The notes beneath the pieces are model-generated. The model was not told the origin of the DNA. It saw nothing but the letters and a program-made list of their open reading frames with translations, and made no database searches. A stretch of 64,000 nucleotides of DNA from positions 7,322 through 71,321 of the forward strand of contig NZ_SLAP01000103.1 of the NCBI RefSeq assembly GCF_007126775.1, written 5' to 3'. Of the stretch, positions 55,248 through 64,000 are shown piece by piece. Source of the stretch: Cecembia sp. Its GTDB lineage: Bacteria > Bacteroidota > Bacteroidia > Cytophagales > Cyclobacteriaceae. A program made the translations under genes and the position numbers. Numbering within the stretch: the stretch's first letter is position 1; every line of letters begins with the position of its first letter.

Positions 55248-56571
55248 TATTCTTATACACCTTCCCGTCTTTCATGATCACCACAAACTTCTCTGCTGGA
55301 TTCGCAATCAGGGAAAGGTCGGCTAAGGGATCACCATCCACCAAAATCAAATCTGCCAAAGCGCCCTCTTCCACAACGCCTAATTTGCCGGGATAGGGGC
55401 TTCTTAGACCCGAAAGCTGTAGCAATTCGGCATTGTCATGGGTGACCATTTTCAGGATCTCAGCATTGGTAAACCATGTTTGCAGCTTCAATATAAATTC
55501 ATTTTGTCTATCATTGAGCTCAGGTTCAAACAGAAAATCAGTTCCCCAAGCTAATTTTAATTTCAGTTTTTTGGCCATGGGCCAAACCCTTGCTTGTCCT
55601 TCCAGCACAGGAGCCCTTTTTTCAATCCGCTGTGGGTCCATATTTGGCGTGTTTTCCACCAACATCTGTGTACTCAGCCAGACTTTTTTTCTGGCAGCAT
55701 ACCGCAATGTTTTTTTATCCAATAACTGTCCGTGTTCTATACACTTGACTCCTGCATCAATAGCCCTTCGAATGGCTCTGGGTGTATAGGCATGTACCAT
55801 CACGTAGGTCCCCCAGTCTTCAGCAGCCTCTACTGCTGCTCGCATTTCATCAAAAGTATATTGGGTGACATCTACCGGATCATAAGCAGATGAAGTACCC
55901 CCACCTGCCATTAATTTGATCTGACTGGCCCCAAACCTTAAATTCTCCCTTACTGCAGTAAGTACTTCATCCCGTCCATCCGCAATAAAAGTGGCATTGA
56001 ACCTTTCTGCCCTTGAAGGTTCCCCAAAAAATCTTCTTGACTTCTCTTCAGGAGTACGGAAATCTCCATGGCCTGCTGTTTGGGATATGGTTGCTCCAGA
56101 TGGCCAAACCCGAGGACCATTCAGTTTCCCTTGATCTATCCCTTTTTTTAAAGGGAAAATGGGGCCTCCGGCATCTCTTACTGAGGTAAATCCACGCATG
56201 AGCATCCGTTCAGCACCGCCCCCTACTTTTTCCATTATCACGCCTTCAGAAAGCATGGGTGACATCATTTCCCGCATGCTCAAGGCCCCAAAGGTCATAT
56301 GGACATGTACATCGATCAAACCTGGCATAAGGGTTTTTCCATTGCCCTGAATTTTGGTTACCCCTTCACCTGATGGGATTGGCGCCGCGCTGATACTTTT
56401 GACTTTATTGCCTTCTATCCAGACATTTACCGGACCAGACAGGCTCTTCGATTGACCATCAAAAACACGGACATTTTCGAAGAGAATGTTTTCTGGTTCT
56501 TGTGCTTGTGCAGAGAGTGTCAGAAAAAGGTATGCAAAAATTAAACTTGAAATGGATTGAAGAGAAAGCAT
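55237..56571 (-). CDS. secreted amidohydrolase family metallo-hydrolase
   Basis: Signal peptide, the LIDVHVHM metal-binding motif and downstream His/Asp positions, 444 aa. Confidence 0.75.
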   Translation of the reverse strand: MLSLQSISSLIFAYLFLTLSAQAQEPENILFENVRVFDGQSKSLSGPVNVWIEGNKVKSISAAPIPSGEGVTKIQGNGKTLMPGLIDVHVHMTFGALSMREMMSPMLSEGVIMEKVGGGAERMLMRGFTSVRDAGGPIFPLKKGIDQGKLNGPRVWPSGATISQTAGHGDFRTPEEKSRRFFGEPSRAERFNATFIADGRDEVLTAVRENLRFGASQIKLMAGGGTSSAYDPVDVTQYTFDEMRAAVEAAEDWGTYVMVHAYTPRAIRRAIDAGVKCIEHGQLLDKKTLRYAARKKVWLSTQMLVENTPNMDPQRIEKRAPVLEGQARVWPMAKKLKLKLAWGTDFLFEPELNDRQNEFILKLQTWFTNAEILKMVTHDNAELLQLSGLRSPYPGKLGVVEEGALADLILVDGDPLADLSLIANPAEKFVVIMKDGKVYKNTMN

Positions 56572-56671
56572 AAAAGAAGATTTTATTTCAAATTCAAAAT
56601 AAGGAAATGGGCTTGATTATCCACAAAGTTTCTTAAATTCTTACAAATTAATTGGATTATGAAAATGGAAT

Positions 56672-57538
56672 CTACTGGGACATAAAGTCAAAAATCTTAT
56701 CATACAGCTTGTTTTTTGTATTGATAAACTGTACGATCATGGGTTTGTGCTTTTTACCTTTTTGAATGTGGAAAGCAGGTTTTGGAACGATTTCCTTATA
56801 TTTCTCTATAAACCGCTCTGTGGTTAGTTTTATTCCCGGGAGTGTTTTTTCTCCCATTAAAATCATTAAAGGGGGATCATTTTCATCTAAAAAGTAAATA
56901 GGGGAGGTATCTTTCCAGACTTCTGGGCTGTCCGTAAAAGCCACTAAATATTCTGTTCCAGGCTCATATTCCATCTGTTCTAAAAACCATTTCATATCCA
57001 AACCGGCAGCATCAATCAATACAGCTCCTTTGATGGGATTATCATATCCCAGTGAGTCAAAATATTCATCTCTGACAGTAATCAGACTGGCCAAATGTCC
57101 TCCAGCTGAATGGCCTGATACAAATATATTTCCAGGGTCCCCACCATATTTAGAAATATTTTGGTGGGTCCACTTCACGGCCTGTGCTGAAGCCAGTGCC
57201 ATTTGATGCACCTGATATTCCGGACTTAAAGGATAATCTATAATTACAGTCACTATGCCCTTTCTGGCAAACCTGTTTCCAAGAAAATTATAAATCTCTT
57301 TTTTTCCTGAATTCCAACTGCCACCATGGATAAAAATCAATACTTTTTGGGCTCCCTTAGTTTTTTTCGGCGTAAAAACATTGAGCTGTTTTTCAGGAAA
57401 CCTGGCCATTGACTGATCTTCGGTATAGGTAATATTTTGGTACCTGGTGACTCCCTTGAATGAACAGGAACCCAGTAAACAAAAGGATAATAGCATTAAG
57501 AATACTTTATTCCCAGGTTTAAATGATAATTGATCCAT
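56672..57538 (-). CDS. alpha/beta hydrolase (esterase/lipase type) lipoprotein
   Basis: HGGSW oxyanion motif, nucleophile elbow GHSAGG, and lipobox-like LLGSC. Confidence 0.75.
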   Translation of the reverse strand: MDQLSFKPGNKVFLMLLSFCLLGSCSFKGVTRYQNITYTEDQSMARFPEKQLNVFTPKKTKGAQKVLIFIHGGSWNSGKKEIYNFLGNRFARKGIVTVIIDYPLSPEYQVHQMALASAQAVKWTHQNISKYGGDPGNIFVSGHSAGGHLASLITVRDEYFDSLGYDNPIKGAVLIDAAGLDMKWFLEQMEYEPGTEYLVAFTDSPEVWKDTSPIYFLDENDPPLMILMGEKTLPGIKLTTERFIEKYKEIVPKPAFHIQKGKKHKPMIVQFINTKNKLYDKIFDFMSQ

Positions 57539-57643
57539 AAATGCTAAATCTCATAAGAGGTACTAAAGTTTTCAAAAGATCATTTTTTTTGTTAGCTTTT
57601 GACAATCGGTATTGGTCTTTTTCCTACTAAACTCCCAAGTTTC

Positions 57644-58399
57644 ATGAAAAATGTCCTGTTGTTATTGTTCAATACAATTACTTTTTCCGGCGCACTTTAC
57701 CTCAATTTTCTTTTTGGTTCTGGTGCAGGAGGAAGAAAGTCTGTAGGGGCAGTCAGCAGTCAGTTTGATACCTTGATCACTCCGGCTGGCTATGCTTTTT
57801 CCATTTGGGGATTGATTTATCTACTTTTGATTGGATTTTTATTGAATCAATGGAAGGGGTTTTTTACGGGAAATATCAAGGAATCACTCCAACCCACATC
57901 AATTTGGTTTGCAGCCTCAAATATCTTCAATGGTCTTTGGATTATTCTTTGGACCCAAGAAATGCTGGTATCCTCAGTCGTTGCAATAATCGGCTTATTG
58001 GTTTCCATTACAGTATGGAATTCTCAACTAAATTTGAATAATAAGGAGAGGTCATATTCTGTTTTAATTGACCTTCCTGTTTCTGTTTATTTGGGCTGGA
58101 TAATTATTGCTACCGTTGTCAATATTTCTGTCTGGTTTTATGCCAATCAATTATTGATGGAATATGAAATGATTGTCACAGCAGTAATCCTTATAGTGGC
58201 CGTTGGAATATTGCTTTGGCTTTTAAAGGAAAAACAGCTCTTTGCCCCCTCATTTATAGGGGTTTGGGCACTGATAGCAATAGCCTTCAAGAATCAGGGA
58301 AATTCAAATTACCTCAGGATATTAATTATATTATTAGTTTTAATTTTGTTTATTTCCACTTTTTTAATGATAAAAAACAAAAAACATCATTTGAATTAA
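57644..58399 (+). CDS. polytopic membrane protein (hypothetical, Trp-rich)
   Basis: ORF trimmed to the ATG at 57644. About seven hydrophobic helices. Family not recognised with confidence. Confidence 0.45.
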   Translation: MKNVLLLLFNTITFSGALYLNFLFGSGAGGRKSVGAVSSQFDTLITPAGYAFSIWGLIYLLLIGFLLNQWKGFFTGNIKESLQPTSIWFAASNIFNGLWIILWTQEMLVSSVVAIIGLLVSITVWNSQLNLNNKERSYSVLIDLPVSVYLGWIIIATVVNISVWFYANQLLMEYEMIVTAVILIVAVGILLWLLKEKQLFAPSFIGVWALIAIAFKNQGNSNYLRILIILLVLILFISTFLMIKNKKHHLN

Positions 58400-58423
58400 T
58401 TTTACAAAAAATGTTTTGGTTTA

Positions 58424-58449
58424 TTTGGTAATATAATTAAATTACCAAA
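58424..58449. repeat. 26-nt palindrome in the intergenic region
   Basis: TTTGGTAAT-ATAATTAA-ATTACCAAA has 9-nt perfect arms. There is no flanking T run, so it is not an obvious terminator. Confidence 0.5.
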
Positions 58450-58564
58450 AAATATTTCGAAGTTCCTGCAATTACATCCTTAATCGCCCTAGTAAAATTG
58501 TAGGTAAAAACGTGTTTCATTTTCTTTATTTAGTTCATTCCGTAATTCCAAAAAATTTAATACT

Positions 58565-59176
58565 ATGATAGGCATATTAGGAGGAACAAGACTATCCCTT
58601 ACTTTGGGCCAAGCATTATCCGCACGAGGAGTTGAGATTACATATGGTGTCAGATCAGATTTTTTTTCCTCAGAGATTGAGTGGAAAATTCTTAAAATGT
58701 CACCAAACAAGGTCTTGTCTTACAAAGAGGTCATTGAAATTTCCAAAGTGATTTTACTTTGTACTGAAAATCCATACTTAGAGATGATCTTTGCTGAGCT
58801 TTCAGATGTTGATCTCAGTGACAAAATTATCATTGATTGTACCAATAGTGATGATTACAAAGCGATTACCTGCAATACCGATTTTATTCAAAACGCAATC
58901 AAATCCCCCAAAATTTTTAAAGCTTTCAATAACTTAGGACTTGATTATCCCAATTGCGACCCTATGGGACTTGTCAAAGAAACCTATTATTGTGGGCCGG
59001 ATATTACTGAAAAAAATATCGTCAAACAATTGATCTGTATGGTGGGGTTCAAAGCCATTGATGCAGGGAATATTGAAAATGCCCCTTTATTGGAAGCTAT
59101 GTACCATTTGAGAAAGGAGATTTGCAGCCATAGAAAGGAAAAGGTAGACTACCATTTTAAGTTGGTTTCGGTCTAA
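58565..59176 (+). CDS. NAD(P)-binding oxidoreductase-like protein (F420-dependent NADP reductase / ProC-like fold)
   Basis: N-terminal MIGILGGTRLSLTLGQAL Rossmann-like segment with a degenerate glycine motif, 203 aa. Confidence 0.4.
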   Translation: MIGILGGTRLSLTLGQALSARGVEITYGVRSDFFSSEIEWKILKMSPNKVLSYKEVIEISKVILLCTENPYLEMIFAELSDVDLSDKIIIDCTNSDDYKAITCNTDFIQNAIKSPKIFKAFNNLGLDYPNCDPMGLVKETYYCGPDITEKNIVKQLICMVGFKAIDAGNIENAPLLEAMYHLRKEICSHRKEKVDYHFKLVSV

Positions 59177-59254
59177 TGATTTTTTTCTAAGTCCTTGGAT
59201 ACCATCTTTACCTTAAACCTTTATTTTTTACCTTTGGGATATTGATGGTATCTT

Positions 59255-60367
59255 ATGGTTAAATTTTCAGATTTGAGTAAAGTCAATCACCCCTATTCTG
59301 AGGAATTGAAGGCTGTAGCTTCTGAGGTAATTGACTCAGGGCGTTATTTATTTGGCCCAAAAGTCCTTGAATTTGAGACTAAACTCAAAAGCTATCTCAA
59401 TAGCAAACATGTTGTAGGTGTAGGGAATGGGTTGGATGCGCTCAGATTGATTTTTTTAGCATATATAGAAAAAGGAGACCTTAAGAAAGGAGATGAAGTA
59501 CTAATTCCTGCCAATACTTTTGTGGCTACTATTTTAAGTATTATTCATGCCGGTCTTATTCCCAAGTTGATTGAACCAAGTTTGGATACCTATAACCTAG
59601 ACCTTAATCAGCTTGAATCCAAAATAGGTCCTAAAACAAAAGCCATTGTCCTCGTTCATTTGTATGGAAGGGCTTGCTGGGATGATGAATTACTCTTCCT
59701 GGCAGAAAAAAATAAGTTGAAAATTGTAGAAGATAATGCGCAGGCTTTTGGGGCCGAGTGGAAAGGCATTAAGACGGGGGTATTGGGCCATGCAGCTGCC
59801 TTTAGTTTTTTTCCCACCAAAATTCTTGGAGCCTTAGGTGATGCTGGAGCTATTGCTACTAAGGATGAAGAATTGGCCGATATTATTCAAAAGCTGTCTA
59901 ATTATGGTGCCGGTAAAAAGAATCATTTGAGCTATAAGGGCTTCAACAGCCGGATGGATGAATTGCAAGCCGCTTTTTTAATGGTCAAAATGAAATATGT
60001 GGACCAGGAAAACCAGTACAGAAGAATACTTGCAGATGCCTATTTAAGTCATATCCAAACCCCTGTTATTGTACTGCCAATAATTGATCGCCCAAAAACC
60101 AATACTTTACATGTTTGGCATTTGTTTGTAATCCGGAGCCCAAAAAGAGATGATTTAAGGGACTTTCTATTAAAAAATGGCATAGAAACCCAAATTCATT
60201 ATCCAATACCACCTCATCAGCAAGAAGCGTTTTTTGAGTTTAGTCATCTTTCCCTTTCCATTACTGAGAAAATTCATAGGGAAGTAATCAGCCTTCCTCT
60301 TGATCCTTCCATCACCTTAGATGAAGTTAAATTTGTGGCTGATCATATCAATAATTTTACCGCATAA
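59255..60367 (+). CDS. DegT/DnrJ/EryC1/StrS family sugar aminotransferase
   Basis: 370 aa. The PLP-lysine region FSFFPTKILGALGDAG is typical of the family. Confidence 0.8.
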   Translation: MVKFSDLSKVNHPYSEELKAVASEVIDSGRYLFGPKVLEFETKLKSYLNSKHVVGVGNGLDALRLIFLAYIEKGDLKKGDEVLIPANTFVATILSIIHAGLIPKLIEPSLDTYNLDLNQLESKIGPKTKAIVLVHLYGRACWDDELLFLAEKNKLKIVEDNAQAFGAEWKGIKTGVLGHAAAFSFFPTKILGALGDAGAIATKDEELADIIQKLSNYGAGKKNHLSYKGFNSRMDELQAAFLMVKMKYVDQENQYRRILADAYLSHIQTPVIVLPIIDRPKTNTLHVWHLFVIRSPKRDDLRDFLLKNGIETQIHYPIPPHQQEAFFEFSHLSLSITEKIHREVISLPLDPSITLDEVKFVADHINNFTA

Positions 60368-60378
60368 ATCGCATCTAA

Positions 60379-60792
60379 TCATAATTTTAACTTTCTTCCC
60401 TCCATAATTTTAAAAAATAAAATGTGTCCCATTTTATGGGCATGTTGCTTGGCATATTCAGCCACTTCTCCTTCAAAGAGACTGTCTAAGGTTTCAAACC
60501 ATAAAGCCAGCCAGGTGCTAAAATGAGCTTCATGTACCTGATGGTTCATTTTTTCATCCACTTCTTTGTGAACAGGAACAGGACTGAATTTTCCTGCTCC
60601 CGGTCCGGAATGTAACAATACCATTTCCCAAAAATCAGTCAATCTTTCCAGGTGTATATTCCAATCATCCACAATTCCATTAAATACTGGACCTAGTACA
60701 GGGTTTTTTCTTACTTTTTCATAAAAAGTATGGACCAAGGTACTGACTTGGTCTCTGTTTTTTATCTCTTTGAGACTTTTGCTTTTCATCAT
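60379..60792 (-). CDS. group III truncated haemoglobin
   Basis: 137 aa. The pattern LVHTFYEKVRKNPVLGPVF...LERLTDFWEMVL...HF..WL.LW matches Bacteroidota group III trHb. Confidence 0.65.
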   Translation of the reverse strand: MMKSKSLKEIKNRDQVSTLVHTFYEKVRKNPVLGPVFNGIVDDWNIHLERLTDFWEMVLLHSGPGAGKFSPVPVHKEVDEKMNHQVHEAHFSTWLALWFETLDSLFEGEVAEYAKQHAHKMGHILFFKIMEGRKLKL

Positions 60793-62039
60793 TTTTTCAA
60801 AATTGGATTTAAAATTTCCAGGTTCCCGTCAATGTCCTCAGGAATTGGCAAGCTTAAAATTTCACAAATTAGGGGATAGACATGTATGTTCTGGAATTTT
60901 TCGATTTGAAACCCTTCTCGTATTCTTGGACCATTGGCGTAAAATATTCCATACATATCTTTGTAGCCAGGGTGGAAGCCATGCTCCCCGAAGGTATCTG
61001 TTTTGAACATCCCGGCCCGATTCTGATATCCTACCATTCCCACTGTAGTAGCCAGGTAAAAACCCAAATCAGGTAGGATAAGTAAATCTCCCAGGCGGTT
61101 CCGATGCCTTTCAATATTTTTATAATATTCTCTGTCAATTACTTTGACCGTTTTAAACGGACCTTCCCTTTTATTTAACTTCAAAAAGACTTCCTCCAGT
61201 TCCAAAGGATTATTTAAATACAAATGGGCAAGTGCACCATTATTAATTACTTTGGCATCTATTCCCTCTGTGATATGATCCAGATTAAGAAGATTTTCTT
61301 TTGGTACCCTTGTCATGCCATGGTCTGATACAATAAAAATATTGATATCCATGTCAAAACTTTTTAGACCTTCAAAAAGTGCTCCCAATTCCTTGTCTAA
61401 GCGTTGAAGCCTTTTATTTAATTGCCCATCATTATCCGGACCATATCTATGGCCAATATCATCCATATCTGAAAAATACAAAGTGATCAACCTTGGTCTT
61501 TCATCCTCGGGGAGCAATAACCATTCAAAAACCTTAGAAATCCTCGTGAGGTTGGGTACATTTCCATCGTAATTGTAAAAATAAGTTGGTTGGATGCCTT
61601 GTACAGGTGCTTCTGTTCCTACAAAGAAATAACTCGCAGTCCTCATTCCATGCTGCTCTGCCAAAACCCACAAAGGTGTACCCCCATACCAATATCCATC
61701 TTGAACGATTTCCCGGTTATTGATGACATAAATCTGGTCTTTGACCGGGTCAAAGAAAGCATTATCCACCAATCCATGACTCTCTGGTTTCATACCTGTG
61801 GCAATGGTATAGTGATTTGGGAAGGTCTTGGTAGGGAAAGAAGGAATCATGGCTTCTGCTGATGCTCCAGCGGCTTTAAACTTACTCAGGTTTTCAGGTT
61901 GGAATCTGTCTGTATAATCGTATCGGTAACCATCTAAGGAAATCAATATTACATATTGTTTATTTTCCTGAGCAAGGCATTCAAAACCGATTGTGAGAAA
62001 GACCAATAATGAAAAAGGGAAGAAATTATATTTTTTCAT
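60789..62039 (-). CDS. ectonucleotide pyrophosphatase/phosphodiesterase (alkaline phosphatase superfamily)
   Basis: ORF trimmed to the ATG at 62039 (signal peptide MKKYNFFPFSLLVFLTIGFECLAQ). ISLDGYRYDY, PTKTFPNHYT and SDHGM motifs. Confidence 0.8.
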   Translation of the reverse strand: MKKYNFFPFSLLVFLTIGFECLAQENKQYVILISLDGYRYDYTDRFQPENLSKFKAAGASAEAMIPSFPTKTFPNHYTIATGMKPESHGLVDNAFFDPVKDQIYVINNREIVQDGYWYGGTPLWVLAEQHGMRTASYFFVGTEAPVQGIQPTYFYNYDGNVPNLTRISKVFEWLLLPEDERPRLITLYFSDMDDIGHRYGPDNDGQLNKRLQRLDKELGALFEGLKSFDMDINIFIVSDHGMTRVPKENLLNLDHITEGIDAKVINNGALAHLYLNNPLELEEVFLKLNKREGPFKTVKVIDREYYKNIERHRNRLGDLLILPDLGFYLATTVGMVGYQNRAGMFKTDTFGEHGFHPGYKDMYGIFYANGPRIREGFQIEKFQNIHVYPLICEILSLPIPEDIDGNLEILNPILKK

Positions 62040-62203
62040 AACAGATAATTCATGGGTGTTAGCAAAGTTATGGCTGCACATGTAAGTGAACAATTATTTG
62101 AAAGAAAAACGTGGATTTATTTGGTAATCAGTGTTGTTTCCAATGTGACTGGAGATTTGTTTACAAATCTTATCTTTGCACCTGAACCCAAATAGAACGT
62201 TTA

Positions 62204-64000
62204 TGAATAAATTAATCAATGCCTTTATCCTAACAGGAGTTGTTCTATCTTCTTGTAGTTCAGGCGACCAAAAATCTGATAGTATGAACCCATTCTTTGA
62301 GGACTACCATACCCCATTTGAAGTACCCCCATTTGACAAGATCAAAAACGAGCATTTTGCCCCAGGATTAAAAGAGGGTATAAGCTTGCATCAGGAAGAA
62401 ATCGATGCAATAGTGAACAATGCTGAGTCCCCAACATTTGCCAATACCATAGAGGCTATGGAAAATTCCGGGGAACTTTTGAGTAAAGTAAGTACTGTTT
62501 TTGGCAACCTCAACTCTGCCAATACAAGCGATGAACTGCAGGGAATCGCAAGGGATATGGCTCCCGAGTTATCCAAGCATAGCGATAACATCAACTTGAA
62601 TGAGCAGCTATTTGAAAGGGTGAAGGATGTGTGGGACAATAAAGACAATCTGGATCTTAGTCCTGAGCAGCACAAATTATTGGAAAAAAGGTACAAGTCT
62701 TTCGTGAGAAACGGTGCCAATTTAAATGAAAAGGATAAAGAGAAATTGCGGGAAATCAACAGCAAACTTTCGGTCCTGAGCCTTCAGTTTGGCCAAAACG
62801 TATTGGCTGAAACCAATGCTTTTAAGTTGTTTATTGATAATGAAGCCGATCTATCCGGCCTTCCTCAAGAGCTTAGAGATGTCGCTTTCCAGGATGCTGA
62901 ATTGGCAGGAGAAGAAGAAAAATACCTCTTTACCTTACAAAACCCCAGTGTGATGCCTTTCCTACAATATGCTGACAACAGGGATTTGAGAAGACAAATG
63001 TGGGAAGCGTATAAAAATAGAGGTGATCAAGGTACTGATAAGGATAATAATGAGATCCTTATTGAAATTGCCAATTTGAGGCTTCAAAAAGCCAATTTAC
63101 TAGGTTATGCTACCCATGCAGATTATGTATTGGAAGAAAGTATGGCCAAGAATCCACAAAATGTTCAGCAGCTCCTCAATCAGCTTTGGACTCCTGCTCT
63201 GGAAAAGGCAAAACAGGAAAGGGATGAAATGCAGGCCATGATTGCAGCTGAAGGAAAGGATTTTCAATTAGCGCCTTGGGATTGGAGATATTATGAGGAG
63301 AAACTCCGTGTTCAAAAGTTTGACCTGGATGAGCAAGAAGTGAAACCCTACTTTGCTTTAGATAAGGTTCAGGAGGGAGTATTTATGGTAGTGAATAAAC
63401 TTTGGGGGCTGACATTCTCAGAAATCAAGGATATCCCTACTTATCATCCAGAAGCCAAAGCCTATGAAGTAAAAGAAGCAGACGGCAATCATTTGGGGGT
63501 ATTGTATATGGATTTTCATCCAAGGGCCTCCAAAAGGGGAGGGGCTTGGATGACCTCTTACAGGCCTCAAAAAACAGTAAATGGGGAAAGAAAAGCCCCT
63601 GTGATTTCTATTGTCTGCAATTTCTCCAAACCAACAGGAAATGTACCGGCTTTATTGACCTTTGATGAAGTGACGACTTTCTTCCATGAATTTGGGCATG
63701 CATTGCATGGTTTACTTTCTAATGTGCAGTACAGAAGTCTTGCTGGAACTTCTGTTCCTAGAGACTTTGTGGAATTGCCTTCGCAGATTATGGAAAATTG
63801 GGCCACTGAACCAGTGGTGATGAAGCAATACGCTTTCCATTACCAAACAGGAGAGGTGATTCCTGATGCATTGATTGAAAAGCTACAAAATAGCGGGACT
63901 TTTGGACAAGGTTTTGGAACCACAGAATACCTGGCGGCCTCTTTCCTAGATATGGATTATCATAGCCGCACCACCCCAATTGAGGTTGGGGCTGCCGAAT
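62204..64000 (+). CDS. dcp: M3 family peptidyl-dipeptidase (Dcp-like), C-terminus outside the window
   Basis: Absent from the ORF track because it runs off the window. The frame from the ATG at 62204 is open to 64000 (599 codons). Lipoprotein-like MNKLINAFILTGVVLSSC and zinc motif HEFGHALH. Confidence 0.85.

Noticed and set aside
1-64000. CRISPR arrays, rRNA genes, IS elements, integrases, reverse transcriptases, and named defence systems such as restriction-modification, CBASS, retrons or Gabija
   Set aside because: No regularly spaced direct repeats, transposase or integrase motifs, RT motifs or methyltransferase motifs were seen in any long ORF or intergenic region on reading through the window.

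Overview
This looks like a chromosomal segment of a low-GC Bacteroidota genome, probably Cytophagales or Cyclobacteriaceae-like. Hand counts of 60-nt samples give about 30-43% GC in most genes. Lineage clues are a T9SS C-terminal sorting domain, a TonB-dependent receptor/DUF4249 pair, TAnnTTTG -7 promoter boxes and many lipoprotein signal peptides.

Most of the window is ordinary, densely packed housekeeping DNA: bamD (partial), tilS, mdh, two MscS channels, phoH, comEC, recQ, tsaC/sua5, pgk, pyrR-pyrB, polX, dcp (partial), envelope proteins and one tRNA-Leu(CAA).

The non-ordinary part is an accessory islet at about 48.2-55.3 kb. It holds:
- a compositionally foreign error-prone DnaE2-type polymerase gene (about 53-55% GC in sampled stretches) with no imuA/imuB partner
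- a class II fic gene bracketed by about 105-bp composite inverted repeats built from hairpin modules, with a tandem palindromic operator on its promoter
- an Xre(DUF2384)-RES toxin-antitoxin pair whose RES toxin is frameshifted
- a PIN/antitoxin pair with two TACGTA palindromes upstream
- a Uma2 endonuclease gene

No integrase, transposase, CRISPR array or recognisable named multi-gene defence system was seen. Other points of note are a duplicated tRNA 3' fragment plus terminator next to tRNA-Leu (a possible att scar), an orphan intrinsic terminator in a 550-bp ORF-free gap, and a four-gene outer-membrane operon of unknown function. All family assignments come from motif recognition by eye. 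No searches were run.
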